From Candidatus Bathyarchaeota archaeon B24 (GTDB taxonomy: Archaea; Thermoproteota; CALKCG01; B24), in assembly GCA_001593865.1 (NCBI GenBank), contig LUCB01000001.1:23670-87669 (forward strand): a stretch of 64,000 nt of DNA, read 5' to 3'. The notes under the pieces were generated by a model. The model searched no databases, was not told the DNA's origin, and saw only the letters and a list, made by a program, of their open reading frames with translations. Positions 47,100-55,430 of the stretch are shown here, piece after piece; position 1 is the first letter of the stretch, and each line of letters starts with the position of its first letter. The translations under genes and the position numbers were made by a program.

Positions 47100-48200
47100 T
47101 TGAACTCTATAGGCCGTCATCTCATTATGACATGCTTTGGTGAGAGCCATGGAAGGCTTGTAGGGGTCGTCTTAGACGGCTGTCCCGCAGGTCTCCCGCT
47201 TAAGGAGGGGGATATTCAAAGAGAACTTGACAAGAGGCGGCCTGGTCTTTCGGAGTTATATTCCTCAAGGGCTGAGGCCGACAAGGTTGAGATCATTTCA
47301 GGCGTCTTCAGAGGCTACACGACAGGTGCTCCGATATGTATGGTCGTTAAAAACCTAGACGTAGATTCTTCCGTGTATGAGGAATACCGGTTTAAACCCA
47401 GACCTGGTCATGCGGATTACCCAGCCTACGTCAGATACGGAGGGTTCAACGATTATAGAGGAGGAGGGATGTTCTCTGGACGCTTAACCATAGCGTACGT
47501 CATGTCCGGCGCTGTGGCTAAAAAGCTCTTGTCAACGATCGGCATCGAGGTTTACGCCCATACCGTTCAAATAGGTCCTGTGAAACTTGACAGAAAGCCG
47601 ACCCTTGAAGAGCTGCGTACTAAGGTTTACGCAAGCCCTGTCAGGTGCGTAGACCGGGAGATATCGGAAAAGATGGAGGCTATCATAAGGGAGGTTAAGT
47701 CCAGGGGAGATAGCATAGGAGGGGTTGTCGAAGGTTTAGCGTTTAACGTACCGCCGGGTTTAGGAGACCCGTTATTCGGAAGCCTAGATGGAGACCTAGC
47801 TCATCTCTTGTTCAACATACCCGCCGTTAAAGGCGTAGAGTTCGGGGCAGGCTTCAGGGCGGCTACTATGAAAGGGTCGGAGTTTAACGACCAGTACGTC
47901 TACAGAGGCGATAGAGTCGAGACTTTAACGAATAATTCAGGTGGGATCCTAGGGGGTTTATCAAACGGGATGCCGATATCTGTTAGAGTTGCTTTTAAAC
48001 CCACTCCTTCAATAGCTATAAGGCAGAGAACGGTAGACCTACGTGAAAAGGTCGACACATTTATAGAGGTTAAGGGTCGACACGACCCGTGTATAGTCCC
48101 TAGAGCCGTACCCGTCGTGGAGGCTTGTATAGCGTTCACCCTAGCCGACCACTGTATAGGGCTAGGTTTGATACCGAAGGTTTTAGGCCGTAAATCTTAA
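47100..48200 (+). CDS. aroC: chorismate synthase
   Basis: 366 aa. MTCFGESHGRLVGVVLDGCPAG and conserved C-terminal motifs. Confidence 0.9.
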   Translation: MNSIGRHLIMTCFGESHGRLVGVVLDGCPAGLPLKEGDIQRELDKRRPGLSELYSSRAEADKVEIISGVFRGYTTGAPICMVVKNLDVDSSVYEEYRFKPRPGHADYPAYVRYGGFNDYRGGGMFSGRLTIAYVMSGAVAKKLLSTIGIEVYAHTVQIGPVKLDRKPTLEELRTKVYASPVRCVDREISEKMEAIIREVKSRGDSIGGVVEGLAFNVPPGLGDPLFGSLDGDLAHLLFNIPAVKGVEFGAGFRAATMKGSEFNDQYVYRGDRVETLTNNSGGILGGLSNGMPISVRVAFKPTPSIAIRQRTVDLREKVDTFIEVKGRHDPCIVPRAVPVVEACIAFTLADHCIGLGLIPKVLGRKS

Positions 48201-48252
48201 ACCTTAGAACCATACAAAGCCATCTTAAGTTTTAGGGGGTCGGTGTAGATTT

Positions 48253-49335
48253 TTGGATATTAAGGAACTGAGGAAGCAGATAGATCGGATAGACTCTGAG
48301 GTTCTTAGGCTTCTAAAGGAGCGGGTTAAGATAGCTAAGGAGATTTTAAAAGTTAAAAGAGAGCTGAGCATGCCTCTTAGAGATATTGGACGTGAAAGGA
48401 GGATACTAGAACGTATAAGGGATGAAGCCGATAAACTTGGGCTTAACAAGACGATAGTGGAGACGATATTCAAAGAGATCATAGGATTATGCCTTTCGGC
48501 TCAGCATAGAATTAGAGTTGCATATCTCGGGCCTAGAGGCTCGTTCACCGAGGAGGCTGCCAAGAAGTTTTTCCATGGAGCTGAGATGGAGTACATACCT
48601 AAGCCATCGATACCCGAGGTGTTCAGAGGAGTTGTAGCAGGGGAGGTCGATATGGGGGTTGTGCCCGTAGAAAACTCGTTAGAGGGCTCAGTAAACCTCA
48701 CGCTAGACCTTCTCTTCGACACGCCTTTGAAAGTTTGTGGTGAAATCGAGCTTAAAGTTGAACATTGTTTACTGGCGAATCCAGGCTCTAGGGTCGAAGA
48801 TATACGGGTCATCTTCTCCCATCCCCAGGCCATAGCCCAATGTAGGCGGTTTATCGAAACTATGCTTCCACAGGTCGAGGTCGTCGAGGTCCAGAGCACG
48901 TCTAAAGCCGCCGAGGTGGTCAAAGGGTTAAGGGGTGCCGCGGCGATAGCGTCCGAGTTCACGGCGGATATCTATGGCTTAGAAGTACTAGCTAAATCGA
49001 TTCAAGACTATCACGACAACTATACGAGGTTCTTCGTCTTAAGCCCTGAGGACCATCCACCCACAGGTAACGACAAGACCTCTCTAATCTTCTCAGTCCC
49101 TGATAAGCCCGGCGCGCTATACGAGGCTTTAAAGCCGTTCGCAGCTAGAGGTATAAACCTGACTAAGATAGAGTCTAGACCAACCAGAGGTAAGCCTTGG
49201 GAATACGTCTTCTATATGGATATGGAGGGACATAGATTCGACGATGAAATCAAAGAAGCTATAGAGGAGCTTAAAGCGATCGCAAGCTTCGTTAAAGTTC
49301 TGGGAAGCTACCCGATGGCTAGGAAGAGCGATTAA
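48253..49335 (+). CDS. pheA: bifunctional chorismate mutase / prephenate dehydratase with ACT domain
   Basis: 360 aa. AroQ CM domain MDIKELRKQIDRIDSEVLRLLKERVKIAKEI, then the PDT domain RVAYLGPRGSFTEEAA, then ACT. Confidence 0.85.
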   Translation: MDIKELRKQIDRIDSEVLRLLKERVKIAKEILKVKRELSMPLRDIGRERRILERIRDEADKLGLNKTIVETIFKEIIGLCLSAQHRIRVAYLGPRGSFTEEAAKKFFHGAEMEYIPKPSIPEVFRGVVAGEVDMGVVPVENSLEGSVNLTLDLLFDTPLKVCGEIELKVEHCLLANPGSRVEDIRVIFSHPQAIAQCRRFIETMLPQVEVVEVQSTSKAAEVVKGLRGAAAIASEFTADIYGLEVLAKSIQDYHDNYTRFFVLSPEDHPPTGNDKTSLIFSVPDKPGALYEALKPFAARGINLTKIESRPTRGKPWEYVFYMDMEGHRFDDEIKEAIEELKAIASFVKVLGSYPMARKSD

Positions 49336-49422
49336 ACTTAACGTTAAATTTTACCACCGGCATTAGAGTCTCTCTGAGAGGGGTGTAGAAAACTGCTTAG
49401 GAGGTTTTTAGAAGAGGTTGAG

Positions 49423-50652
49423 GTGCTTTACGTAGACGATGAGGTAGAGCCGGATTACGGTTTTACCGAGTACTTGAAAAGAGAGGATAAACCTGTCGTC
49501 TTCAATAGGGTTAAAGGGTATAGAGGTCTGAGGGTTGTGGGGAACCTATGCGCCTCGAGAAAGATGATGGCCAAGGCCTTAAACGTGCCCTATGATAAGC
49601 TTCACGATGTCTGGGTCGAGGCCTTGGAACATCCCAAGCCATACGGGTATACGGATTCGGCGCCTTTTATGGGGGAAAAATTCGAGAACCCGGAAATCTC
49701 AAGACATTTACCCTTTCCCCGGTTTTACAGAGGGCTTGAGAAACACTACGCTACAGGGACGATAGTATTGGCTAGAGACCCTGAGACCGGCAGGATGAAC
49801 GCATCCTTTCACAGACTTATGCTACTTGAGGATAATAGGCTGGCGATCAGACTCGTTCCAAGAGATTTATACAGGTTTTATATGGTTAACAAGGAGGCTG
49901 GTAGAGACACTAGGGTTGCTATAGTTTCAGGGGTTCATCCATCGATATGTATGGCCGCCGCTACGTCCTATCCGGACCTTAACGAGCTACAGTTAGCTAG
50001 GGTTTTCCATGAATTTGAATGCGTAGACTTGGACGGTTTAGACGTACCGGCGGAGGCTGAAGTCGTCATGCTCGGCAGAATCTTGAAAGACGTGGAGGTG
50101 AACGAGGGGCCCTTCGTAGATTTGACGGAAACTTTAGACATAGTCAGGCGTCAACCCGTCGTAGAGGTGGAGAGGCTTTACATGCGGAATGAGGCATTAT
50201 GGCATGTAATACTACCTGGTGGCCTGGAGCATAAGCATCTCATGGGTGTACCTCAGGAGGTTAGGATGCTTAGGATCGTTAGAAACACTGTACCCACCGT
50301 TAAGAGGATATACCTCACACCTGGTGGATGTTGCTGGCTCCACGCTGTGGTTTCGATCAGGAAGCTTCGTGAAGGTGATGGAAAGAACGCGGGATTAGCC
50401 GCCTTAGCAGCCCATCCGAGTTTGAAGATGGTTATAGTGGTGGACGACGACATAGACGTCGAAAACCCGTATGAGGTCGAATGGGCTTTAGCGACTAGAC
50501 TTCAACCGGATAAAGGCATCGTTGTGATCCCCGGCGCTAGGGGGTCGAGTCTAGACCCGTCTCAAGGTAAAAAGGGCCTTACAGCCAAGTGGATCATAGA
50601 TGCTACGATACCCTTGGAGATGAATAAGGGATCCTTCAGGAGGATCGTTTAA
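49423..50652 (+). CDS. UbiD-family decarboxylase; candidate trans-anhydromevalonate-5-phosphate decarboxylase of the archaeal modified mevalonate pathway
   Basis: 409 aa, UbiD-like fold, immediately upstream of the AcnX large and small subunit genes. In Aeropyrum-type archaea this gene context is the mevalonate route (established knowledge). Substrate assignment is by context. Confidence 0.6.
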   Translation: MLYVDDEVEPDYGFTEYLKREDKPVVFNRVKGYRGLRVVGNLCASRKMMAKALNVPYDKLHDVWVEALEHPKPYGYTDSAPFMGEKFENPEISRHLPFPRFYRGLEKHYATGTIVLARDPETGRMNASFHRLMLLEDNRLAIRLVPRDLYRFYMVNKEAGRDTRVAIVSGVHPSICMAAATSYPDLNELQLARVFHEFECVDLDGLDVPAEAEVVMLGRILKDVEVNEGPFVDLTETLDIVRRQPVVEVERLYMRNEALWHVILPGGLEHKHLMGVPQEVRMLRIVRNTVPTVKRIYLTPGGCCWLHAVVSIRKLREGDGKNAGLAALAAHPSLKMVIVVDDDIDVENPYEVEWALATRLQPDKGIVVIPGARGSSLDPSQGKKGLTAKWIIDATIPLEMNKGSFRRIV

Positions 50653-50654
50653 AC

Positions 50655-51851
50655 TTGTACTTAACCAGACATGAGGAGCGTATTCTCAAGGGTGAAGAGG
50701 GTTATGCTAGGCAGAAGGCTATGGAGATACTGGTAGCCTTAGGCGAGATCTATGAGGCGGATAGGCTTATACCCGTCTCTTCGGCTCAGATAGCCGGTGT
50801 CAGTTATACGTCCTTAGGGGACGACGGTATAGAATGGCTTGAGTCGTTAGAAGGAGCTCATGTAACGATACCTGCGGTGCTTAACCCAGCCGGCATGGAC
50901 CTTGAAAACTGGAGACGCATGGGAGTAGACCCTGAGTACGCTAGAAAGCAAATTAGGATCATAGAAGCGTATAAGAGGCTTGGTGTTAGACCATTATGCT
51001 CCTGTACTCCATACTTACTAGGTATGGTTCCTATGCTCGGTGAACATGTAGCTTGGTCCGAGTCCTCAGCCGTGTGCTACGCTAACTCCGTCTTAGGAGC
51101 TAGGACGAACCGAGAGGGAGGGCCATCAGCCTTAGCGTCGGCGATAATAGGTAAAACGCCTAATTATGGATACCACCTTGACGAAAATCGTAAAGCTGGT
51201 TTAATCATAGAAGTCGAGGTTGAACTTAAGACGATAAGTGATTATAGTGCCTTAGGATATTGGGCTGGTAAGCTAGCTGAGTCTAACGTACCGTATTTCA
51301 AAGGCTTGAAGGGTGTGGATAGCGTACGTTTGAAAGCTCTGGGTGCCGGCTTAGGTGCCGGGGGTAGCGTAGCTTTATATCACGTCGAAGGTGTTACACC
51401 TGAGCATAAAACGGCGCTGGTAGAGAGGGTTGAGAGACATCAGTTCGGAGAGGTTGAACTTGGAGAAGTGTATACGAACTACTTTAAGCCGATACCCGAC
51501 CGTGTCGACTTAGCGGCTATAGGATGCCCTCATGCGTCTCTCGATGAGGTTAAGGAAGTCGCCGAACTCGTGAAGGGTAGACGTATCAAAGACGATTCTA
51601 GGCTTTGGGTCTTCACCTCGATAGCCGTCAAGAGGATGGCCGAGAGGTGCGGATACCTAGATATCATAAGAGCCGCTGGGGGGGAAGTTTACGCAGACGG
51701 CTGTATGGCCTTAGCTCCGCTTAAAGACATGGGTATAGAGAGAGTCGCGGTAAACAGCTCTAAAGCCGCCTTTTACACTCGTCTTTTGGCTAAGGTTGAT
51801 GCGTACTTCGGAGATCTTAGGCAGTGTATAGAATCGGTTATAGGGAGGTGA
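50655..51851 (+). CDS. aconitase X (AcnX, DUF521) large subunit; candidate phosphomevalonate dehydratase large subunit
   Basis: 398 aa, collinear with the DUF521/AcnX catalytic domain. Followed in the same frame by the DUF126 small subunit. Confidence 0.75.
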   Translation: MYLTRHEERILKGEEGYARQKAMEILVALGEIYEADRLIPVSSAQIAGVSYTSLGDDGIEWLESLEGAHVTIPAVLNPAGMDLENWRRMGVDPEYARKQIRIIEAYKRLGVRPLCSCTPYLLGMVPMLGEHVAWSESSAVCYANSVLGARTNREGGPSALASAIIGKTPNYGYHLDENRKAGLIIEVEVELKTISDYSALGYWAGKLAESNVPYFKGLKGVDSVRLKALGAGLGAGGSVALYHVEGVTPEHKTALVERVERHQFGEVELGEVYTNYFKPIPDRVDLAAIGCPHASLDEVKEVAELVKGRRIKDDSRLWVFTSIAVKRMAERCGYLDIIRAAGGEVYADGCMALAPLKDMGIERVAVNSSKAAFYTRLLAKVDAYFGDLRQCIESVIGR

Positions 51852-51908
51852 GGTCTTACGATTATCCGGTGTAGACGCATATCCGGTGGATACGGTGAAG
51901 GCTATGCT

Positions 51909-52253
51909 TTGGTCTCCCCTGAGCCGATAAGCTTCTTCGGTCAAGTTGATAGGTCCACAGGGGTTATATGCGACGAGAAGCATCCTCTTTACGGAGAGAG
52001 CGTATCGGGTAAAGTTCTGATACTCCCTCGGGGTAAGGGCTCGACCGTCGGATCTTATGTCTTATACGGTCTAGCTAAGAGAGGTAAGGCCCCCTCAGCC
52101 ATAATATGCCTAGAGGCTGAACCTATTATAGCGGTTGGGGCGATAATAGCGGGTATACCTATGGTGGATAAGCCTGAGAGCTACGTTTTCAAAACAGGTA
52201 TGTTCGTCAAAGTATACGCGGATAGGGGCGTCATAGAAGTCCCGGGTCTTTAA
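51909..52253 (+). CDS. AcnX small subunit (DUF126); conserved N-terminus extends upstream to the acnX-large TGA with no canonical start codon
   Basis: The ORF track gives a TTG start at 51909 (114 aa). The 19 codons from 51852 to 51908 (GLTIIRCRRISGGYGEGYA) continue the DUF126 N-terminal consensus (...GEAEGEVLVS.EPISF). They lie in the same frame as the large subunit, separated by one TGA (51849-51851). No ATG/GTG/TTG occurs in between. A GGAGGTGA sits at 51844-51851. Confidence 0.65.
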   Translation: MVSPEPISFFGQVDRSTGVICDEKHPLYGESVSGKVLILPRGKGSTVGSYVLYGLAKRGKAPSAIICLEAEPIIAVGAIIAGIPMVDKPESYVFKTGMFVKVYADRGVIEVPGL

Positions 52254-52812
52254 CCTGGTTTTCGAGAGCCTTCACTATCCTAGCTACCGTTTCATCTTGC
52301 TGCTTCAAATCTAAGCCGTAGAAGGCTACGTCTAAACCCTTGGCTTTCAGCATTTTCTCGAGCATCTCGATGAATACTCCCTTTCCCGGAATCCGGATGC
52401 TTCCAACAGCTGTACGTTTGGATGTCGTGTAGACTCCGCATGTCGGAGAGCCTTCTACGCCTATTACCGCTAGAACCCTCAGTTTTGGATCGGCCGAAAA
52501 CCTTGTAAAAGCCGTTAGGTCCTCCACGGCCTTTTCCGCCAGCTTCCTACAGTGGTCTGTAAACCCAGGTAGACTCATATACTCCTCCTTCGTCATGGGT
52601 TTCCTAGGATTACCTAGAAAACCGAATTCAGGACATGGAAGCTGGTAAAGACCGATTCCCAAGGGTTTAAGTCTTTCGAGAAATTTGACTATGAACCCCT
52701 CGACCCATCCACCTGAACCTTTCCAGAACCATCGCGTAGTTTGGTTAAGTATACAGTGGGAAACGGCCACTACATAGCCTACATATGGAGCACCGTTCAA
52801 CAGAGACCCCAA
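52231..52812 (-). CDS. DUF523 (TudS-like) family protein, tentative
   Basis: 193 aa. Cys-containing N-terminal block YVVAVSHCILNQTTRW, reminiscent of the DUF523/TudS cluster-binding region. Low-confidence family call. Confidence 0.35.
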   Translation of the reverse strand: MGSLLNGAPYVGYVVAVSHCILNQTTRWFWKGSGGWVEGFIVKFLERLKPLGIGLYQLPCPEFGFLGNPRKPMTKEEYMSLPGFTDHCRKLAEKAVEDLTAFTRFSADPKLRVLAVIGVEGSPTCGVYTTSKRTAVGSIRIPGKGVFIEMLEKMLKAKGLDVAFYGLDLKQQDETVARIVKALENQVKDPGLL

Positions 52813-52865
52813 GTAAACATCTATCCCAGGTTAGGCTTTTACTTTTACCGTCACGCTTTCCCTGT

Positions 52866-53678
52866 CTACACGGGTATCTTTACGCCGTCTGGACCGCGTT
52901 TGTACAGACCTAGTTCAGGCATCTTCCTCAGCTGAGGAGCTGAAAAGACAGGGCCGTCTTTGCAAACTCTGTAAGGTCCTATACAGCAACTTCCGCATAT
53001 GCCTATTCCGCATTTCATGTACGCCTCTAGGCTCGCCTGAATCTTTAGATTCCATGCCTCACATAGCTCGTAGACCCTACGTATCATAGCCGGTGGACCG
53101 CACGTATAAACCACGTCATAGCTAGGTTTAGACCTCTTCAAATGCGTCTCGAAGAGCTCGGAGACTAGGCCTTTAAACCCGATGCTACCATCATCCGTCG
53201 CTATCATGACAGCGCCGTTCGGTCTCACCGCTCTCTCGACCCTAGCTAGTTGGAAGACATCGTGTTTGCTTCTAAATCCTAGAAACACTTCGATCCAGCA
53301 TCCATAGTCTTTAAGCTTATCCACCAAAGGTAGTAAGGTAGCCAGTCCTACACCGCCTGCCACCACGGCTACGCGACCTTTAACGATCTTGAATCCGTTA
53401 CCGTAGGGTCCTCTTACGCCTATGAGGTCATCCGGCTTTAGCCTATGCATAGCCTCGGTTGCATCGCCAACTTTAGCGACGGTTACGCTGCATAAATCTC
53501 CTATCGTGGAGAGGCTTAGGGGTATCTCATCGACCCCGATTATCCAGACCATAATGAACTGACCTGGCTTAGCCTTCGAGCATAGAGCGTCTTTAAACCA
53601 GAACGTTTTAACCCGCGGGTTTTCTTCGACGACTCGGACGAGTTTTACTATCCGTCTAAAGTTGATATTCGTACTCAC
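52866..53678 (-). CDS. pyrK: dihydroorotate dehydrogenase electron-transfer subunit
   Basis: 270 aa. FAD/NAD-binding barrel; C-terminal [2Fe-2S] motif CGIGICGSCC. Confidence 0.85.
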   Translation of the reverse strand: MSTNINFRRIVKLVRVVEENPRVKTFWFKDALCSKAKPGQFIMVWIIGVDEIPLSLSTIGDLCSVTVAKVGDATEAMHRLKPDDLIGVRGPYGNGFKIVKGRVAVVAGGVGLATLLPLVDKLKDYGCWIEVFLGFRSKHDVFQLARVERAVRPNGAVMIATDDGSIGFKGLVSELFETHLKRSKPSYDVVYTCGPPAMIRRVYELCEAWNLKIQASLEAYMKCGIGICGSCCIGPYRVCKDGPVFSAPQLRKMPELGLYKRGPDGVKIPV

Positions 53679-53683
53679 AAAAC

Positions 53684-54589
53684 CTACCTCCTGTGCGCTA
53701 AACCCCTCACCTCATCTATGGAACTATAGCCCCTCTCCTCAAGAAAGTCTCTCAAACCCTTGAGTATCCTCTTGAAAACCCTTAGTCCACCTCTAGCTAT
53801 GACCGAACCGAGTTGAACGGCCGTAGCCCCAGCCATCAGGAATTCGATAACATCATGTGCGGTCTCTATTCCTCCACATCCGAAGACCGGTACGTTCAGG
53901 GATTCTGTGATCTCGTAGACGCATCTAACCGCTATCGGTCTTATAGCTGGACCTGATAAGCCTCCGAAGATCCCTGCTAAGACCGGCCTACCCACCTCTA
54001 TGTCTATACTCATGGCTCTAACAGTGTTTATGGCCGTTAACGCGTCAGCACCGCCGTCTACAGCCGCCTCGGCGATTCTGACTATATCGGAAACGTTGGG
54101 TGAAAGCTTAACTATGACAGGCTTATCGAGATGTCTCTTTAGTGTTTGAACGTAGGATTCTACGAGGACCGGGTTTTTAGCGATTTCCGATATACCATCC
54201 ACGTGAGGACAGGAGACGTTGAGTTCGACCGCGGAGACTACATTGAAGTCTGAGACGATTCTACCGATTTCGACCAATTCGTCCTCGGAGAACGCGTAGA
54301 TGCTCAATATGATGGGGGCTTCCAAGCCTCTAAGCGTCTCTAGCTCTTTCATAAACTCCTCCAGACCTGGGTTTGGCAATCCCATAGAGTTAAGGAGTCC
54401 GAAGCCTAGGTCGACGACCGTGGGATTTGGATGACCTTTTCTAGGCTTAAGCCCTATGGACTTGGTGACAACTCCTCCGGCTCCAGATTCGATAACTCTT
54501 TTGAGAATAGGAGCCGTCAAACCCAGTATTCCAGCGGCTAATATGAGGGGGTTCCTAAACCGCAAACCCAGCGTTTCCACTTTTAACAT
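53684..54589 (-). CDS. pyrD: dihydroorotate dehydrogenase catalytic subunit (class 1B)
   Basis: The ORF track gives 53684..54640. The conserved start is MLKVETLGLRFRNPLILAAG (ATG at 54587-54589, 301 aa). FMN-binding GAGGVVTKSIG. 5 nt upstream of pyrK. Confidence 0.85.
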   Translation of the reverse strand: MLKVETLGLRFRNPLILAAGILGLTAPILKRVIESGAGGVVTKSIGLKPRKGHPNPTVVDLGFGLLNSMGLPNPGLEEFMKELETLRGLEAPIILSIYAFSEDELVEIGRIVSDFNVVSAVELNVSCPHVDGISEIAKNPVLVESYVQTLKRHLDKPVIVKLSPNVSDIVRIAEAAVDGGADALTAINTVRAMSIDIEVGRPVLAGIFGGLSGPAIRPIAVRCVYEITESLNVPVFGCGGIETAHDVIEFLMAGATAVQLGSVIARGGLRVFKRILKGLRDFLEERGYSSIDEVRGLAHRR

Positions 54590-54686
54590 GGGTTCGATAG
54601 ATGCTAGGTCTGTCAAGCCTAAAAATAGTTTAAACATCAAGTTTTTAAGGTTGTTCGACTAGTCTCCTCCTGGAGGTGTTTGACAC

Positions 54687-54863
54687 ATGCCGACCCATGG
54701 AAGCCTAACTAAAGCCGGTAAGGTTAGAAGCCAGACTCCTAAGATACCTGGAAGACCTAGGAAGTTTCCACCGCCCAAGGTTAGGAATAGAAGAAATTAC
54801 GTTAAACGCCTTATACTGAATAGAAAACCTGGTCAAAACTGGATGCTAGGAAGAGGAAGATAG
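54687..54863 (+). CDS. rps30e: ribosomal protein S30e (eS30)
   Basis: 58 aa, below the ORF-track length cut-off. MPTHGSLTKAGKVRSQTPKIPGRPRKFPPPKVRNRRNYVKRLILNRKPGQNWMLGRGR matches the eS30 HGSLTKAGKVR signature. GGAGGTG SD lies 7 nt upstream. Confidence 0.8.
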   Translation: MPTHGSLTKAGKVRSQTPKIPGRPRKFPPPKVRNRRNYVKRLILNRKPGQNWMLGRGR

Positions 54864-55118
54864 CCGCTCCTTCCCTTTCTCACCTTCTGGCAAAGGTGGT
54901 GGCGGAGTTTTAGTAGTCGCCATAGCCCAACCTATCCATATGAGAATTCCCCAGAAGACCAGTACGAGTATGTAAACAGGTACCGCTAGGGCCCACCAGC
55001 TAAGTTGCCTACCGAGAATCTGCCAATCAGATGGGGATAGGAACAGTAGCCATGTGTAAAGTAATACTGTTATTACACTCGAAACGCATATTATTGCCCC
55101 TATGGTCCTCTCGTTCAT
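54846..55118 (-). CDS. small 3-TM hypothetical membrane protein
   Basis: 90 aa. Three hydrophobic helices and a Pro/Lys-rich tail. Overlaps the rps30e 3' end by 18 nt (convergent). Could be spurious. Confidence 0.3.
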   Translation of the reverse strand: MNERTIGAIICVSSVITVLLYTWLLFLSPSDWQILGRQLSWWALAVPVYILVLVFWGILIWIGWAMATTKTPPPPLPEGEKGKERLSSSS

Positions 55119-55160
55119 TGTAAAACCTCTAAAATTTAGATCGAGACCATGCTAATATTA

Positions 55161-55430
55161 TTAACTTCTAGCTCTCACGGTTAATACATCTCCTTCCACC
55201 GAAACCTTGAAGTCCTCCTCCAACCTCTCCTTTCGAAGCAGATGCTTAATCCAAACTTTAAGTGTCTTTTTACTCAACCCCACGGCATCGGGTATCTCGA
55301 TGATCCCATCTTTGAGAACAAGCTTCGAGCCGAGTTTAGTCTCTAGAAAGCTTAGCAGAGCCTTAGATGCGTCGCGGTTCTTTTTCTCAAGCGCCTTCAC
55401 ATCTACCTTATATCCGACCATAAGGCTCAT
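55161..55430 (-). CDS. small basic protein with ribosomal-protein-L22e-like sequence pattern
   Basis: 89 aa. ASKALLSFLETKL aligns with eL22 AANFEQFLQERIK. LSKKTLKVWIKHLLRKERLEEDFKVSVEGDVLTVR aligns with eL22 [36 protein letters not shown] (about 12 of 22 core positions conserved). Overlaps the DUF47 gene stop by 4 nt. Confidence 0.4.
   Translation of the reverse strand: MSLMVGYKVDVKALEKKNRDASKALLSFLETKLGSKLVLKDGIIEIPDAVGLSKKTLKVWIKHLLRKERLEEDFKVSVEGDVLTVRARS

Noticed and set aside
52231-52812. UbiX (flavin prenyltransferase) assignment for the gene downstream of the AcnX small subunit.
   Set aside because: The sequence lacks the UbiX/PAD1 flavoprotein N-terminal G-x-S-G-A motif. It resembles Cys-containing DUF523 proteins instead, so UbiX is not in this window.
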